Of a stretch of DNA of 62,583 bases, positions 9,159 through 18,972 are shown piece by piece. The notes under the pieces are model-generated. The model saw only the letters and a program-made list of their open reading frames with translations. It was not told the DNA's origin and searched no databases. The stretch spans positions 1 to 62,583 of the forward strand of contig CAZKMO010000004.1 in NCBI GenBank assembly GCA_964554015.1. Reading direction: 5' to 3'. The stretch comes from an uncultured bacterium. GTDB taxonomy: Bacteria; Zhuqueibacterota; QNDG01; CAYUAG01. The position numbers were made by a program, and so were the translations under genes. Position 1 is the stretch's first letter. The number at the start of each line of letters is the position of its first letter.

Positions 9159-9917
9159 ATGTTTAGAAAAAATATAAATTTTATTTTCTTTTTCCTAACT
9201 ATACTCATTCTGGGGATAAATCCTTTTTTATGTAAAAAAGCACTTACCCAGGAGAGAACAAAGCTACATGCAAATAATGAAAGAAGGGAAAAAGTAAATG
9301 ATTATGCAGACAAGGATTACCATAACAATCTAGTTTCTAATATCGAGAACTTTCACTCCGCTCTATTTTTAGAAAAATCCCATATCCAATATGAAAAAGC
9401 ACCTTATCGAAAAAGCGGAAAGATTATTGGCGAAATTTTAATAGGTTCAATCGGATCTCTGGGAGGTGGAATAGCGGGTGCAACCATTGGTTCTCATGCC
9501 CTTGGTACTAAAGATGATTTTATTGATACAGGTGCTATAATAGGTCTTATAATTGGTTCAGGTTTTGGTAATGCCATTGGAGTATATCTAATTGGTACTT
9601 CGGGAGGTGAAACCGGCTCCTTTTTAGCCACTGTAGGAGGAGGTATATTAGGAACTGCAGTTGGTATTGGCGGGCTGTTTATATTTGATAATCCAAGTAT
9701 GGTGCCAATTGTTTTCATACTATCTCAATCTATAGGATCAACAATTGCCTATAATGCTACTGCAAAAAAAAGAGAAGAGTCTATTTCAAACGAGGCAGTA
9801 TTACATTTTAAAGAAGGCAAATGGAGCATTTCAAATCCTAAAATACAAATCAAATCTCATCCTCTGCAACCTGGCCAATTTATAAAAACAGTAAACGTGG
9901 TAAGCTTAGAGTTTTAA
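9159..9917 (+). CDS. Exported hypothetical protein with several glycine-zipper helices
   Basis: Hydrophobic N-terminal signal; GSLGGGIAGATIG, GLIIGSGFGNAIG and GGGILGTAVGIGG segments; ends in Phe (VVSLEF). Confidence 0.75.
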   Translation: MFRKNINFIFFFLTILILGINPFLCKKALTQERTKLHANNERREKVNDYADKDYHNNLVSNIENFHSALFLEKSHIQYEKAPYRKSGKIIGEILIGSIGSLGGGIAGATIGSHALGTKDDFIDTGAIIGLIIGSGFGNAIGVYLIGTSGGETGSFLATVGGGILGTAVGIGGLFIFDNPSMVPIVFILSQSIGSTIAYNATAKKREESISNEAVLHFKEGKWSISNPKIQIKSHPLQPGQFIKTVNVVSLEF

Positions 9918-10023
9918 ATACTAAGGATCCCAAGATATGATTTGTCCCGGATACTTGTCAAAGAACCATCTTTCCCAACAAAAAAGTAATTAAGAATCAA
10001 CAATCAAAAAAGGAGAACAAATC

Positions 10024-10911
10024 ATGAAAAATTTAATAAATATCTTTTTGGCCTTGATGATCATTATTTTAATTAGTGCATGTGATAATCCCACAAAACC
10101 AGAACCTGGAAAAAATTCACTAATTGGTAAATGGTTTTTTTACACAGATGGATATTTTATATATGATCCGACCTTTGATAATTATTATAGCGCAGAAATT
10201 GTGGAAATAACTAAAGATAAAATAATATTCTATATGAATGAACCAGATACTAGTTATGATGCCTACGTGTCTATCAATTACATATTAATTGCTGATATGA
10301 TAATTCCTGATATAGAGGAATCTCGGGGATCAATTTACTACTCTTTTGAAGATGATATGTTAGTATTGGAATGGAGTGATTCAAGCAAAGATTATTTGAA
10401 AAAATATACAGGTGATTTTCCTCCTACTAGCTGGACAACTGCTTTAGAAAACGATGATTATGAGCCTGATAATAACTACTCAGATGCAAATTCCCTTATA
10501 GTGGGAGCAGATTCCCAGAAGCATACTATTACTATTTATGATGCTGACTGGTTTAAATTCCAGGCAACCAATAATAATACCTATATGATTAAAATTTTAG
10601 GCTACATGGATAATGTTCTGACCTTATATGATAAAGACGGCCAAACCTATATCACCGAAGATGATGACAACGATTGGGGTATTGATACAGATACCTGGTA
10701 TTGGTTATCACCAGTTCTGGTATGGAATTGTGAATCTACCGAAGAATATTATTTTAAAGTAACAGGTTGCTGGGAAGACTATGATACAGGTTATTATACG
10801 GTGAAGGTATCTTTAACTGATATTGAATCACCCTTGTATACCTTAAAAAAAAATGGGCCGAAAAGAAAAATTAAGGGAGGATTGAAAAAATATTTACAGA
10901 TAATCCAATAA
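10024..10911 (+). CDS. Lipoprotein with an acidic PPC-like (pre-peptidase C-terminal) beta-sandwich domain
   Basis: AGGAG RBS; lipobox ISA-C at Cys20; DDYEPDNNYSDA...DADWFKF...LTLYD...EDDD pattern typical of PPC-like domains. Confidence 0.7.
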   Translation: MKNLINIFLALMIIILISACDNPTKPEPGKNSLIGKWFFYTDGYFIYDPTFDNYYSAEIVEITKDKIIFYMNEPDTSYDAYVSINYILIADMIIPDIEESRGSIYYSFEDDMLVLEWSDSSKDYLKKYTGDFPPTSWTTALENDDYEPDNNYSDANSLIVGADSQKHTITIYDADWFKFQATNNNTYMIKILGYMDNVLTLYDKDGQTYITEDDDNDWGIDTDTWYWLSPVLVWNCESTEEYYFKVTGCWEDYDTGYYTVKVSLTDIESPLYTLKKNGPKRKIKGGLKKYLQIIQ

Positions 10912-10967
10912 TAAAGCCTAACTTTATATTAGAATTGATAATATTCTGGTGACAGATATAATTTTTT

Positions 10968-10995
10968 GGTTCCCAAACTCCAGGGTTTGGGAACC
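10968..10995. repeat. REP-like palindrome
   Basis: Perfect 11-bp arms GGTTCCCAAAC-tccagg-GTTTGGGAACC. No U tract follows the stem on either strand. Confidence 0.6.
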
Positions 10996-11120
10996 TCTAT
11001 CTGTCAGGAAAATTTTTACTTCCCAGAACAAAGAATTTACAGTATAAGAAAATTTTATTACCATTGATTATCTTTAATAAATGCTGTATTTTAAATATAT
11101 ATCTAAATGAAGGGGAAAAT

Positions 11121-12221
11121 ATGAAAAAGGAAATTAAGGACCTGGTTATATTAATTATTACACTTTTGTTGATTTCTGAACAGGTAATCTCTAATCCCGT
11201 GGAAAAACTTGAACCCGAGAAAGAAAGAAAAACCTCTATCAGTGTTTTTCCCATACTCATGTACGATTCTGATATTGGTTTCGGTTTCGGGGGAAAGGGA
11301 GTGATAAAAAACCATTTTCAAAAAAACGAATCCTTTGATCTTATGCTGTTCGGGAGTACCAAGGGTGAGCAGCGCTATGCCTTTGTGTTTTCAGTACCTG
11401 ATTTTGAAATTCGGCAGGGAACATACTATCCCCTGGCCTTTGACCTTAAAATCGAATACAATAAACTACTCAACAGTAACTTTTTTGGATTTGGTAATGA
11501 TTCCCCTGACAATGAATTCCAATTTCCCCGGGAAGTGACCCGAATGGAACTCACCCTGAGTCATACTTTCACACCCCGATTAGTAGGTGAAATCTGGCTG
11601 CGGCAAAACCACTACAGTGTCTATGGTTTCAAACCGGAATGGCAGACTATCACTTCCGAGACGCCCGGTGCCGGCGAAACCGATATAACCGCCTGTTCTG
11701 TACGTTTTCGTTACGACAGCCGCAACAGTCAAATCCATCCCCAAAAAGGTATAAAAGTCGATGTACAGGGAGAAGTGGCATTTCCGGTGTTCACCTCAGA
11801 ATGGAACTTCCAAAAACTGAGGTGTGAATGCAGCTTCTATAAGCAATTGTTTTTAAAAAATCACATATTGGCACTGCGCTATTGGATGCAGCATCTGGAA
11901 GGAGATGCACCCTTTTACGAGATGAGTTTCATCGGGGGCGGTTGGACTGCACGCGGTTTCAAGGCTGAACGCTTCCTCGATCATACTATGGCTTTATTAT
12001 CTCTGGAATACCGATTCCCCATTTATAGCAAATTGGGAGGAGTTCTATTTGTGGACAGTGGACGAGTCTGGCCTTCACTGCAAGATTACAGTTTTACCAG
12101 TTGGCACTCTAATATGGGCTCAGGTCTTCGTTATTATTTAACCAATTTTGTTGTTCGTTTTGATCTGGGACATAGTCAAGAAGGTACACGTATATTTTTT
12201 AATTTTGGTCATGTCTTTTAA
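11121..12221 (+). CDS. Omp85/BamA-TamA family beta-barrel lacking POTRA domains
   Basis: Signal peptide; barrel starts almost immediately (PILMYDSDIGFGFG); loop-6 motif GGGWTARGF; ends FFNFGHVF. Start moved to 11121 after an AGGGG RBS. Confidence 0.85.
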   Translation: MKKEIKDLVILIITLLLISEQVISNPVEKLEPEKERKTSISVFPILMYDSDIGFGFGGKGVIKNHFQKNESFDLMLFGSTKGEQRYAFVFSVPDFEIRQGTYYPLAFDLKIEYNKLLNSNFFGFGNDSPDNEFQFPREVTRMELTLSHTFTPRLVGEIWLRQNHYSVYGFKPEWQTITSETPGAGETDITACSVRFRYDSRNSQIHPQKGIKVDVQGEVAFPVFTSEWNFQKLRCECSFYKQLFLKNHILALRYWMQHLEGDAPFYEMSFIGGGWTARGFKAERFLDHTMALLSLEYRFPIYSKLGGVLFVDSGRVWPSLQDYSFTSWHSNMGSGLRYYLTNFVVRFDLGHSQEGTRIFFNFGHVF

Positions 12222-12236
12222 CCAGGTATAGTATCT

Positions 12237-13382
12237 ATGATTAATTATCAAACTAAAAAATATTCAATCAAAACAATCATACTTTTTCTATTCTTAATAC
12301 CTCTAATAACCTACAATTATCTAACTGCCCACAATGGTAAAGCTGATAAAAGAAATAATTTACTTCGAATTCTTGATATAAATGTGTGGTCAGGACTTAC
12401 GTATAAAGGCATACTAATAATGGGAGAATACGATTCCCCGCAATTTCGAGAAAAAAGATATAAAGCACTTATTCCCCAGATCAAACAATTGGATCCAGAC
12501 ATTATTGCCATACATGAAGCCAACAAATTACCCCATTATGCTAAAAAACTTGCTCATACTTTAGAATATGACTTTTTTTATCATATTGGACTGGGAGGGG
12601 TCAGATTAGGTAAATTAGGATTGCCTTGGAATTTAAGAGAAGGAGATGTTATTCTCACCAAAAAATACCTTCAGGCTGAATGGGTAGGCCGCAGACAATT
12701 ATTGGGCGGGTATATTGGTAACTGGGCCAGTTTTCATTTTTCCGATGCCAGCCAGGTTATAGCTGTTAAAATAACCTATAAAAATCAATCTTTTTTTATA
12801 TTTGCAACCCACTGGCATACCTCCCTATCTGATTCGCCTCTGCTTCTCTCCACAATCAAGGAACAGTATAATAGAGACGAAATTAGCAAAGCCGAGTTTG
12901 ATGATATTACAAAAAAAATTAGAAAAAATGTAAACCAGAGAATAGGAGAAGCTAAAAAAACACTTGACTTCATTCACCACATAACCAACAATCATGCATT
13001 TATATTAATGGGAGATTGTAATGCAGAGCCTAATTCATCAGAAATAAAAACTATTTTAGACAACAACATTGTGGATACTTTTACTGAAATTAATCCTGAT
13101 TCATCCGGTTTTACCTGGGATCCGAGAACAAATAAAAACATTAAAACATATTACCAATTAAAATACTATCCTGAAAAAACCGAAAATGTCTATCAAAAAT
13201 TAGGGTATTTTTCCAGAAAAATCCCTAAAAGGATTGATTATATCTTTTTAGGGCCCTCATCATATTTAAATTCCCAAAAAATTATAATTAAATCAAGCCG
13301 AGTAGTAATGAAGAAAATAATCAATGAAGTCCAGGCTAGTGATCACTATGGTATTTTAACTGAGATCCAAATAAATCCCTAA
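12237..13382 (+). CDS. Exported endonuclease/exonuclease/phosphatase (EEP) family hydrolase
   Basis: LRILDINVW, DIIAIHEA, THWH, MGDCNAEP, RIDYIF and SDHYGI catalytic motifs; N-terminal signal or anchor. Confidence 0.88.
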   Translation: MINYQTKKYSIKTIILFLFLIPLITYNYLTAHNGKADKRNNLLRILDINVWSGLTYKGILIMGEYDSPQFREKRYKALIPQIKQLDPDIIAIHEANKLPHYAKKLAHTLEYDFFYHIGLGGVRLGKLGLPWNLREGDVILTKKYLQAEWVGRRQLLGGYIGNWASFHFSDASQVIAVKITYKNQSFFIFATHWHTSLSDSPLLLSTIKEQYNRDEISKAEFDDITKKIRKNVNQRIGEAKKTLDFIHHITNNHAFILMGDCNAEPNSSEIKTILDNNIVDTFTEINPDSSGFTWDPRTNKNIKTYYQLKYYPEKTENVYQKLGYFSRKIPKRIDYIFLGPSSYLNSQKIIIKSSRVVMKKIINEVQASDHYGILTEIQINP

Positions 13383-13586
13383 TATCCGATTTAATAAAAA
13401 GCAATCTCTTAAATAGTAAAATTCTAAGATTGTCTTGACTTATTCCTTTAAAATAGTTTTATTATGGTCAAAAAAGTTAAAATTCCATTATTACTCTTTT
13501 TATCACCTGGAATAATAAGAATTTATTAATATATCCTTTGAAAAAGTAAAATACCATCCTTCGTATTATAAACCGGAGAAAACATT

Positions 13587-14612
13587 ATGAAAAAATTTTT
13601 TATAATTACTATTAGCATCCTTCTCATAGTCACCCTAAGTATCTATTTTGTAAGCGGTATTATTTTCGAAGCAGCCGGTCATGAAATCATAGCAGCATTA
13701 AAACCATTATTGAAAAATCAGGGGATTATCATTAATGATTATACGTATAAAAGTATAAGATTCTCTTCCCTGAGGACTATAACAGTATATGATTTACATG
13801 TCATGGTCAAACTACAACTGCCCCACCTGGATAACAAATCTTATTCTGCTTATTTTTATGCTGAAAAACTAAATTTGCATTTAACAGACTTAACCAGAAC
13901 TGCTTTTGATGTCTCCTGCTCAAATTTTAGAATTTATGTTGAAAATTTAAAAAACATCCCAGGTACTTCTTTTGCCCGTTTAGATCAGGGATATATAAAG
14001 TTTAACCAACCTATTTTTCTTTCTCAGCTGCATCTCGGATTAAAAAACAATTTTCAAAATATGACCAATTTATTTGATGAGAATGAGCTTAGCACTCACA
14101 TTATCATGCATGCGCTGGTAACCATAAACCTCAATAGTAAAAATTCCCAGGCTCATTTGTATACCATACAAAAAAAAGGGAAAACAGCACTGCAGTTTAA
14201 ACCAGAGGATATCAAAAATATGGCTTCGACTTTTGAACTGGAACTCTCGGATGAGGAAACAGCCATAATTGCCCAATATCCTCTCCGTGCCTCCACGATC
14301 GTACAAATTACCTGGGATGCCCAACAAACTTCCCGCAAAGCAAAAAAAATAAACCGTTCTGTTCCTGAAGATGCCTACCGGCATGTACTCTGGAGTTTCT
14401 TACTTACTCAGAAATTCGGACCTGTCTTTGCTCAAAAAGTCACCGATGCTCACGAAATCCTACCTACCAATACTTCTGCTCAGCGTACAATGGACTTTCA
14501 TAATAACCGAGTCGGTCGTGACTATGCTCTGCAAGGAGTAAGCCGGGACAGAATCTTATGGCTGGTAAAGAATGACAAAAATGTGATTAAATATCCTAAA
14601 GAGGTAACCTAG
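13587..14612 (+). CDS. Membrane-anchored hypothetical protein with a C-terminal DUF6973-like domain
   Basis: N-terminal TM helix; DAYRHVLWS...DAHE...MDFHNNRVGR motif; GGAGA RBS. Confidence 0.65.
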   Translation: MKKFFIITISILLIVTLSIYFVSGIIFEAAGHEIIAALKPLLKNQGIIINDYTYKSIRFSSLRTITVYDLHVMVKLQLPHLDNKSYSAYFYAEKLNLHLTDLTRTAFDVSCSNFRIYVENLKNIPGTSFARLDQGYIKFNQPIFLSQLHLGLKNNFQNMTNLFDENELSTHIIMHALVTINLNSKNSQAHLYTIQKKGKTALQFKPEDIKNMASTFELELSDEETAIIAQYPLRASTIVQITWDAQQTSRKAKKINRSVPEDAYRHVLWSFLLTQKFGPVFAQKVTDAHEILPTNTSAQRTMDFHNNRVGRDYALQGVSRDRILWLVKNDKNVIKYPKEVT

Positions 14613-14639
14613 ATAGATTTAGATATTTGTTTTACAGAA

Positions 14640-15545
14640 TTATATGAATAATTCCTGTTTTACATTAGAAGGATAGAGGGGCATTGCCCCTTTTTGAGTA
14701 CAAATAAAGGCTGATAACTTTGTTGCTTTTTGATGCAGTATTTCAAGAGGCCACTTATTAAGAATCCCCATACAAATCCCGGCGGTGAAAGCATCACCAG
14801 CGCCCACAGTATCAACCACCTTTACTGAAGGAGCAGAAATTACTGATTTTAGCTTTGGTGAATAGAGAACACTTCCTCTTTTACCCCTGGTTACAGCCAC
14901 AAGTATTAAATCATAGGTAGTAATCAATTGTTTTACTACACGCTCCTCATTCCCGGTAATATGACAATATCCGGCAATATCCTTTAACTCATTTTCATTA
15001 CATTTAAGTATAGTAGCCAGTTTTAATGACTGTTTTATTGTGTCATTACTATGATATTTCTGTCGTAAATTTACATCAAAAATCCTAGGACAGGCTGGAT
15101 TTGTATTTATTAAAAATTTCTTAATAGTATGCTGAGATATAGGTGATCGCTGGGCTAAAGATCCAAAACAGACTGCTTCCGTTTTTTTGGCCAGCCTTGA
15201 GAAAGAATGATTCCAGGGAATATAATCCCAGGCTACCTTCTGATGGATAGTATAGTCCGGAGTTCCCTGGCTATCCAGTTTCACTGACACCGTGCCGGTT
15301 GGGTGCTTTGCATCCAATTCTATAAAATTAATCCCCAGATTCATATCCTTTACCTTATTACGAATATCCCGACCCAGAACATCATCTCCTATGGCACTGA
15401 CAATCTCTCCTTTGGCTCCAAGACAGTGAGCATGATAAGCAAAATTAGCCGGTGCTCCGCCTAATTGCTTTCCTTCTGGCAGGAGATCCCAGAGAATTTC
15501 ACCTATGCCCACCACAGTGAATTCTTTTTTCTTTTTAGATATCAT
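14640..15545 (-). CDS. PfkB-family carbohydrate kinase (fructokinase-like)
   Basis: GEILWDLLP, GGAPANFA, FDVNLR and VDTVGAGDAF PfkB signatures. Confidence 0.92.
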   Translation of the reverse strand: MISKKKKEFTVVGIGEILWDLLPEGKQLGGAPANFAYHAHCLGAKGEIVSAIGDDVLGRDIRNKVKDMNLGINFIELDAKHPTGTVSVKLDSQGTPDYTIHQKVAWDYIPWNHSFSRLAKKTEAVCFGSLAQRSPISQHTIKKFLINTNPACPRIFDVNLRQKYHSNDTIKQSLKLATILKCNENELKDIAGYCHITGNEERVVKQLITTYDLILVAVTRGKRGSVLYSPKLKSVISAPSVKVVDTVGAGDAFTAGICMGILNKWPLEILHQKATKLSAFICTQKGAMPLYPSNVKQELFI

Positions 15546-15582
15546 TTTTAAAGCGTTAAAAAAAATAATTCTATAATATTTA

Positions 15583-17661
15583 CTAATCAGAATAATTCAC
15601 TTTAAACCACCCTTCCCATTTTTTAACATTATTAACTCTATCCTTTACTATAATTTCGAGGGAATGAATACCGTTTTTCAGTGGCTCTCCCAGCAGACCA
15701 TAACACTGCTCTTTCTGCGGATCATACTCCACGATTATTTTTATGCTGTCCACCCGGATAATATAACAATTTTCTCCCCCTATCCCGGAAAGAGTATCTC
15801 TGAGACCGACCACGATTTTGGGATTATTATTGATTATGGTTTCTTCGTGATCTGGACTGACAAAGTCTATTTCCGGAGCTACTGTATCCTGCAGAAGAGT
15901 AAAACTACCTAACTGATCTGACCAAGCAGAAATAAAATCAGTATTCCAGGTATTCCCCAGAAAAGAAAATCCTTTTTCCCCTACAGCATAGATAGCAACT
16001 TTGGAATTATGGTTATTAAGGAGAGAAGAATCAAATCTAATGTTAATCGGATTCTTAAGCGGCACAGTCTGAGGAAAAAAACTATACTGATACCCCAGTA
16101 TACAATCCGGGTGGTTGAATTTTCTCTTTTTACAATAACCTTTTAAGGATTGATATAAACTCCTGTCCGGAAAATAAATACTACATTTCATATCCCGAGA
16201 ATTGAGTATATATGACCTTTCTTTTTTTATGGAATGTACCATAACAGTATCTCTATAAAAAGTTTTCTTACCTGAATTCTTCCCAATATCAGTATTAATA
16301 ATTAATATTCCGGTATAATCTTCTGGTAAAGGTAATTGTCCCTTGTAGGTATTTCTATTCTGCTGTAGCAAAGGGAAGGAAATATTCTTCCACGGTTCCA
16401 TTTCTACTGTTACTATAGGATTTTGGGTAATTGTATTTTCTGTGAAAAAAGAAGAGTATAAATAGTTCTGTATAATTTCCCAATAAAAACGAACTCCTGA
16501 TGAATCACATGAGTTCCCATCAGATAAGAAACTTCTAGACCAGCAGGAATCAGAAGTGGATCCAGTAAAATCACTATTATATAAGATTCCGGAAACAAAG
16601 GAAATATTATTATAAAAATCAGACACTATAATCTTGATTTCATGAATTCCGGGGGCAAGTAAAACAGAACCATCATCATTAACCATAATTTTGTTATTAC
16701 CAGATAGTTGCTCCTCCGGACAGCCTATAATTCCGGCTTGATTTCCTCTACCATAATAAATATTTAGAGTATTTCCTTCTTGACGATATAAATTATGGAA
16801 ATATCCCTTATCCATTTTCATCAGTCTATAATTTCTATCTAAGCAAATTTGCTGAGTTTGGCAAAAAGAAAAACTATCATATGTGGTGGAAAAAATTATA
16901 TTATCATCTATGAAAAAAGATAATCTATAAGGGGCAAACTCATTATCAGCTCCATTGGCCCTATCATAGGCTGCCAGGGAAAATCCAATATATCCTTTGC
17001 AAAAAACCGTATCAGCTAATCTATAATGATCAGATCCTTGGGAAAGAAGGGGAAATGTAATAGGAATGAAATCTCCGTTTACCTGGGAACCACTGGCCAA
17101 AGGAGTTACAGCAAGTGAGGTTATGGTGGGGGAAATAGTATCGGTAATAGTAAATCCGGCAATAAAGGGATTGAAGGGTTGATTATTTTCATCTCGAACT
17201 TCAAAATGTAAATGAGGTGCTTTGGTTCCGCTTCTTCCGGTATATCCTAATACATCGCCTTTTTTTACCAAAAGCTGCCCATCAGGAATATGTATATCAA
17301 TGGAATATCTGCCTAATCGTTTCTGTTCATCACTAACCAGGGTTTCAATATCAGGTGAAAAATTTGAAAGATGGCCATAAACAATTCTCATATCATTTTT
17401 TAACTTAAGAAATAATACTCGACCATAATTATAGGGAGAAGTTTTGATTCGTATTACAGAACCATCTCCAACCGCAAAAATTTTGTATCCTGTTTTTGAC
17501 CAGGTTTTTATATCTATACCGGCATGAAAATGTCCGGAACGATATTCACAAAAAGTGGAAGTAATAAGATGGCTGGCATCGGTAGGCCACAGTAAATCCT
17601 GTGAGAACAATAAACCGGTCAATCCCAGAAAAAAACAACAAAAAAATCTTCTTACAAACAA
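15583..17661 (-). CDS. Exported M23-family metallopeptidase with C-terminal Ig-like domains
   Basis: HAGIDI (HxxxD) and PHLHFE (HxH) zinc motifs; signal peptide; TTG start. Confidence 0.85.
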   Translation of the reverse strand: MFVRRFFCCFFLGLTGLLFSQDLLWPTDASHLITSTFCEYRSGHFHAGIDIKTWSKTGYKIFAVGDGSVIRIKTSPYNYGRVLFLKLKNDMRIVYGHLSNFSPDIETLVSDEQKRLGRYSIDIHIPDGQLLVKKGDVLGYTGRSGTKAPHLHFEVRDENNQPFNPFIAGFTITDTISPTITSLAVTPLASGSQVNGDFIPITFPLLSQGSDHYRLADTVFCKGYIGFSLAAYDRANGADNEFAPYRLSFFIDDNIIFSTTYDSFSFCQTQQICLDRNYRLMKMDKGYFHNLYRQEGNTLNIYYGRGNQAGIIGCPEEQLSGNNKIMVNDDGSVLLAPGIHEIKIIVSDFYNNISFVSGILYNSDFTGSTSDSCWSRSFLSDGNSCDSSGVRFYWEIIQNYLYSSFFTENTITQNPIVTVEMEPWKNISFPLLQQNRNTYKGQLPLPEDYTGILIINTDIGKNSGKKTFYRDTVMVHSIKKERSYILNSRDMKCSIYFPDRSLYQSLKGYCKKRKFNHPDCILGYQYSFFPQTVPLKNPINIRFDSSLLNNHNSKVAIYAVGEKGFSFLGNTWNTDFISAWSDQLGSFTLLQDTVAPEIDFVSPDHEETIINNNPKIVVGLRDTLSGIGGENCYIIRVDSIKIIVEYDPQKEQCYGLLGEPLKNGIHSLEIIVKDRVNNVKKWEGWFKVNYSD

Positions 17662-17869
17662 ATTATATTTACCTAAACCTGTTTTATATAATTACTCTTG
17701 TGGTCTATTCTTCTTAAATGAACATCTATAAGTTTAATCACTAAGGTCACAGAGTATATCCAAAGCTCATAAAGATTAATTGAATTTATTAAACATTTAT
17801 TATTCTCTGTGGCTTAATATTAAAATAAGTATACATACACCATAGGACTAATTTTGATATCCTGCAGAG

Positions 17870-18940
17870 TTAGAAATTTTTAATCTCCTCAACCAAGGTT
17901 TCAATTATTTCCTTTTCTTTGATCTTCCGTATCACTTTACCCTTTTTAAACAAAAGAGCACTTTTTTTACCACAGGCCACGCCGATATCTGCTTCTTTAG
18001 CTTCACCCGGTCCGTTTACCGCACACCCCATAACTGCTACAGTTATGGATTTTTTTTCATGAATAAGCTGCTTATCCAATTCTTCCACTAAAGGAATCAG
18101 ATCAACCTGAATCCGTCCGCAGGTCGGACAGGAGATAATATTTACTCCTCGCTTTCGAAGTTTCAAAGATTTTAGAATTTCATAGCCAATTCTGACTTCC
18201 TCTACCAGCTCTCCGGTAAGAGACACCCGTATAGTATCTCCGATTCCTTCTGCCAGCAAAGTACCTATACCCACTGAAGAATGTATAATCCCCCTTTTGG
18301 GAATACCGGATTCGGTTACTCCCAGATGGAGGGGAAAATCAGTAGTCCGGGCAAATATCCGGTTTGCTTCTATCATCATTTTTACATCCGATGCTTTCAG
18401 GGAAACAATTATATTCTGAAAATCCATTTTCTGGAAAAATTCTGTAAAATATAATGCACTCTCTGCCAGTCCCTGGGCAGTAATTCCTCCGTATTTATTA
18501 ATAATCTTTTTATCCAAAGATCCACTATTCACTCCGATTCTGATGGGTATATTTTTTTGTTTGGCTTGCTTAAGAATAGTTTTAACTCTCTCTTTAGATC
18601 CAATATTACCCGGATTGATACGGATTTTATCAGCTCCCCTATCCAGAGCTTTTAAGGCTAATTTATAATTGAAATGAATATCTGCTACCAAGGGAATAGT
18701 AATACTTTTTTTGATATCTGATATGGCCTCTGCTGATTCTATATCCGGTACAGCAACCCGGATTATTTCACAGCCTGCTTTCTCCAAATTAGTTATTTGC
18801 TGTACTGTTGCTTCAATATCCCGGGTTTTAGTGGTAGTCATGGATTGAACCGAAATAGATGCGTCTCCCCCAATGGGAACATTTCCAACCATGATCTTTT
18901 TAGTGTTACGTCTTGATATTGTTTCTTGCTTGTCAATCAT
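17870..18940 (-). CDS. ispG: (E)-4-hydroxy-3-methylbut-2-enyl-diphosphate synthase
   Basis: VQSMTTT, PLVADIHF, RINPGNIG, IRIGVNSGSL, CPTCGR and GCAVNGPGE motifs. Confidence 0.97.
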   Translation of the reverse strand: MIDKQETISRRNTKKIMVGNVPIGGDASISVQSMTTTKTRDIEATVQQITNLEKAGCEIIRVAVPDIESAEAISDIKKSITIPLVADIHFNYKLALKALDRGADKIRINPGNIGSKERVKTILKQAKQKNIPIRIGVNSGSLDKKIINKYGGITAQGLAESALYFTEFFQKMDFQNIIVSLKASDVKMMIEANRIFARTTDFPLHLGVTESGIPKRGIIHSSVGIGTLLAEGIGDTIRVSLTGELVEEVRIGYEILKSLKLRKRGVNIISCPTCGRIQVDLIPLVEELDKQLIHEKKSITVAVMGCAVNGPGEAKEADIGVACGKKSALLFKKGKVIRKIKEKEIIETLVEEIKNF

Positions 18941-18972
18941 ATTTTTTTTTCTGTCTTTCCTGATATCTGAAT

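Noticed and set aside
10997-11260. 87-aa minus-strand ORF
   Set aside because: Antisense to the Omp85 signal-peptide region, with no independent support.
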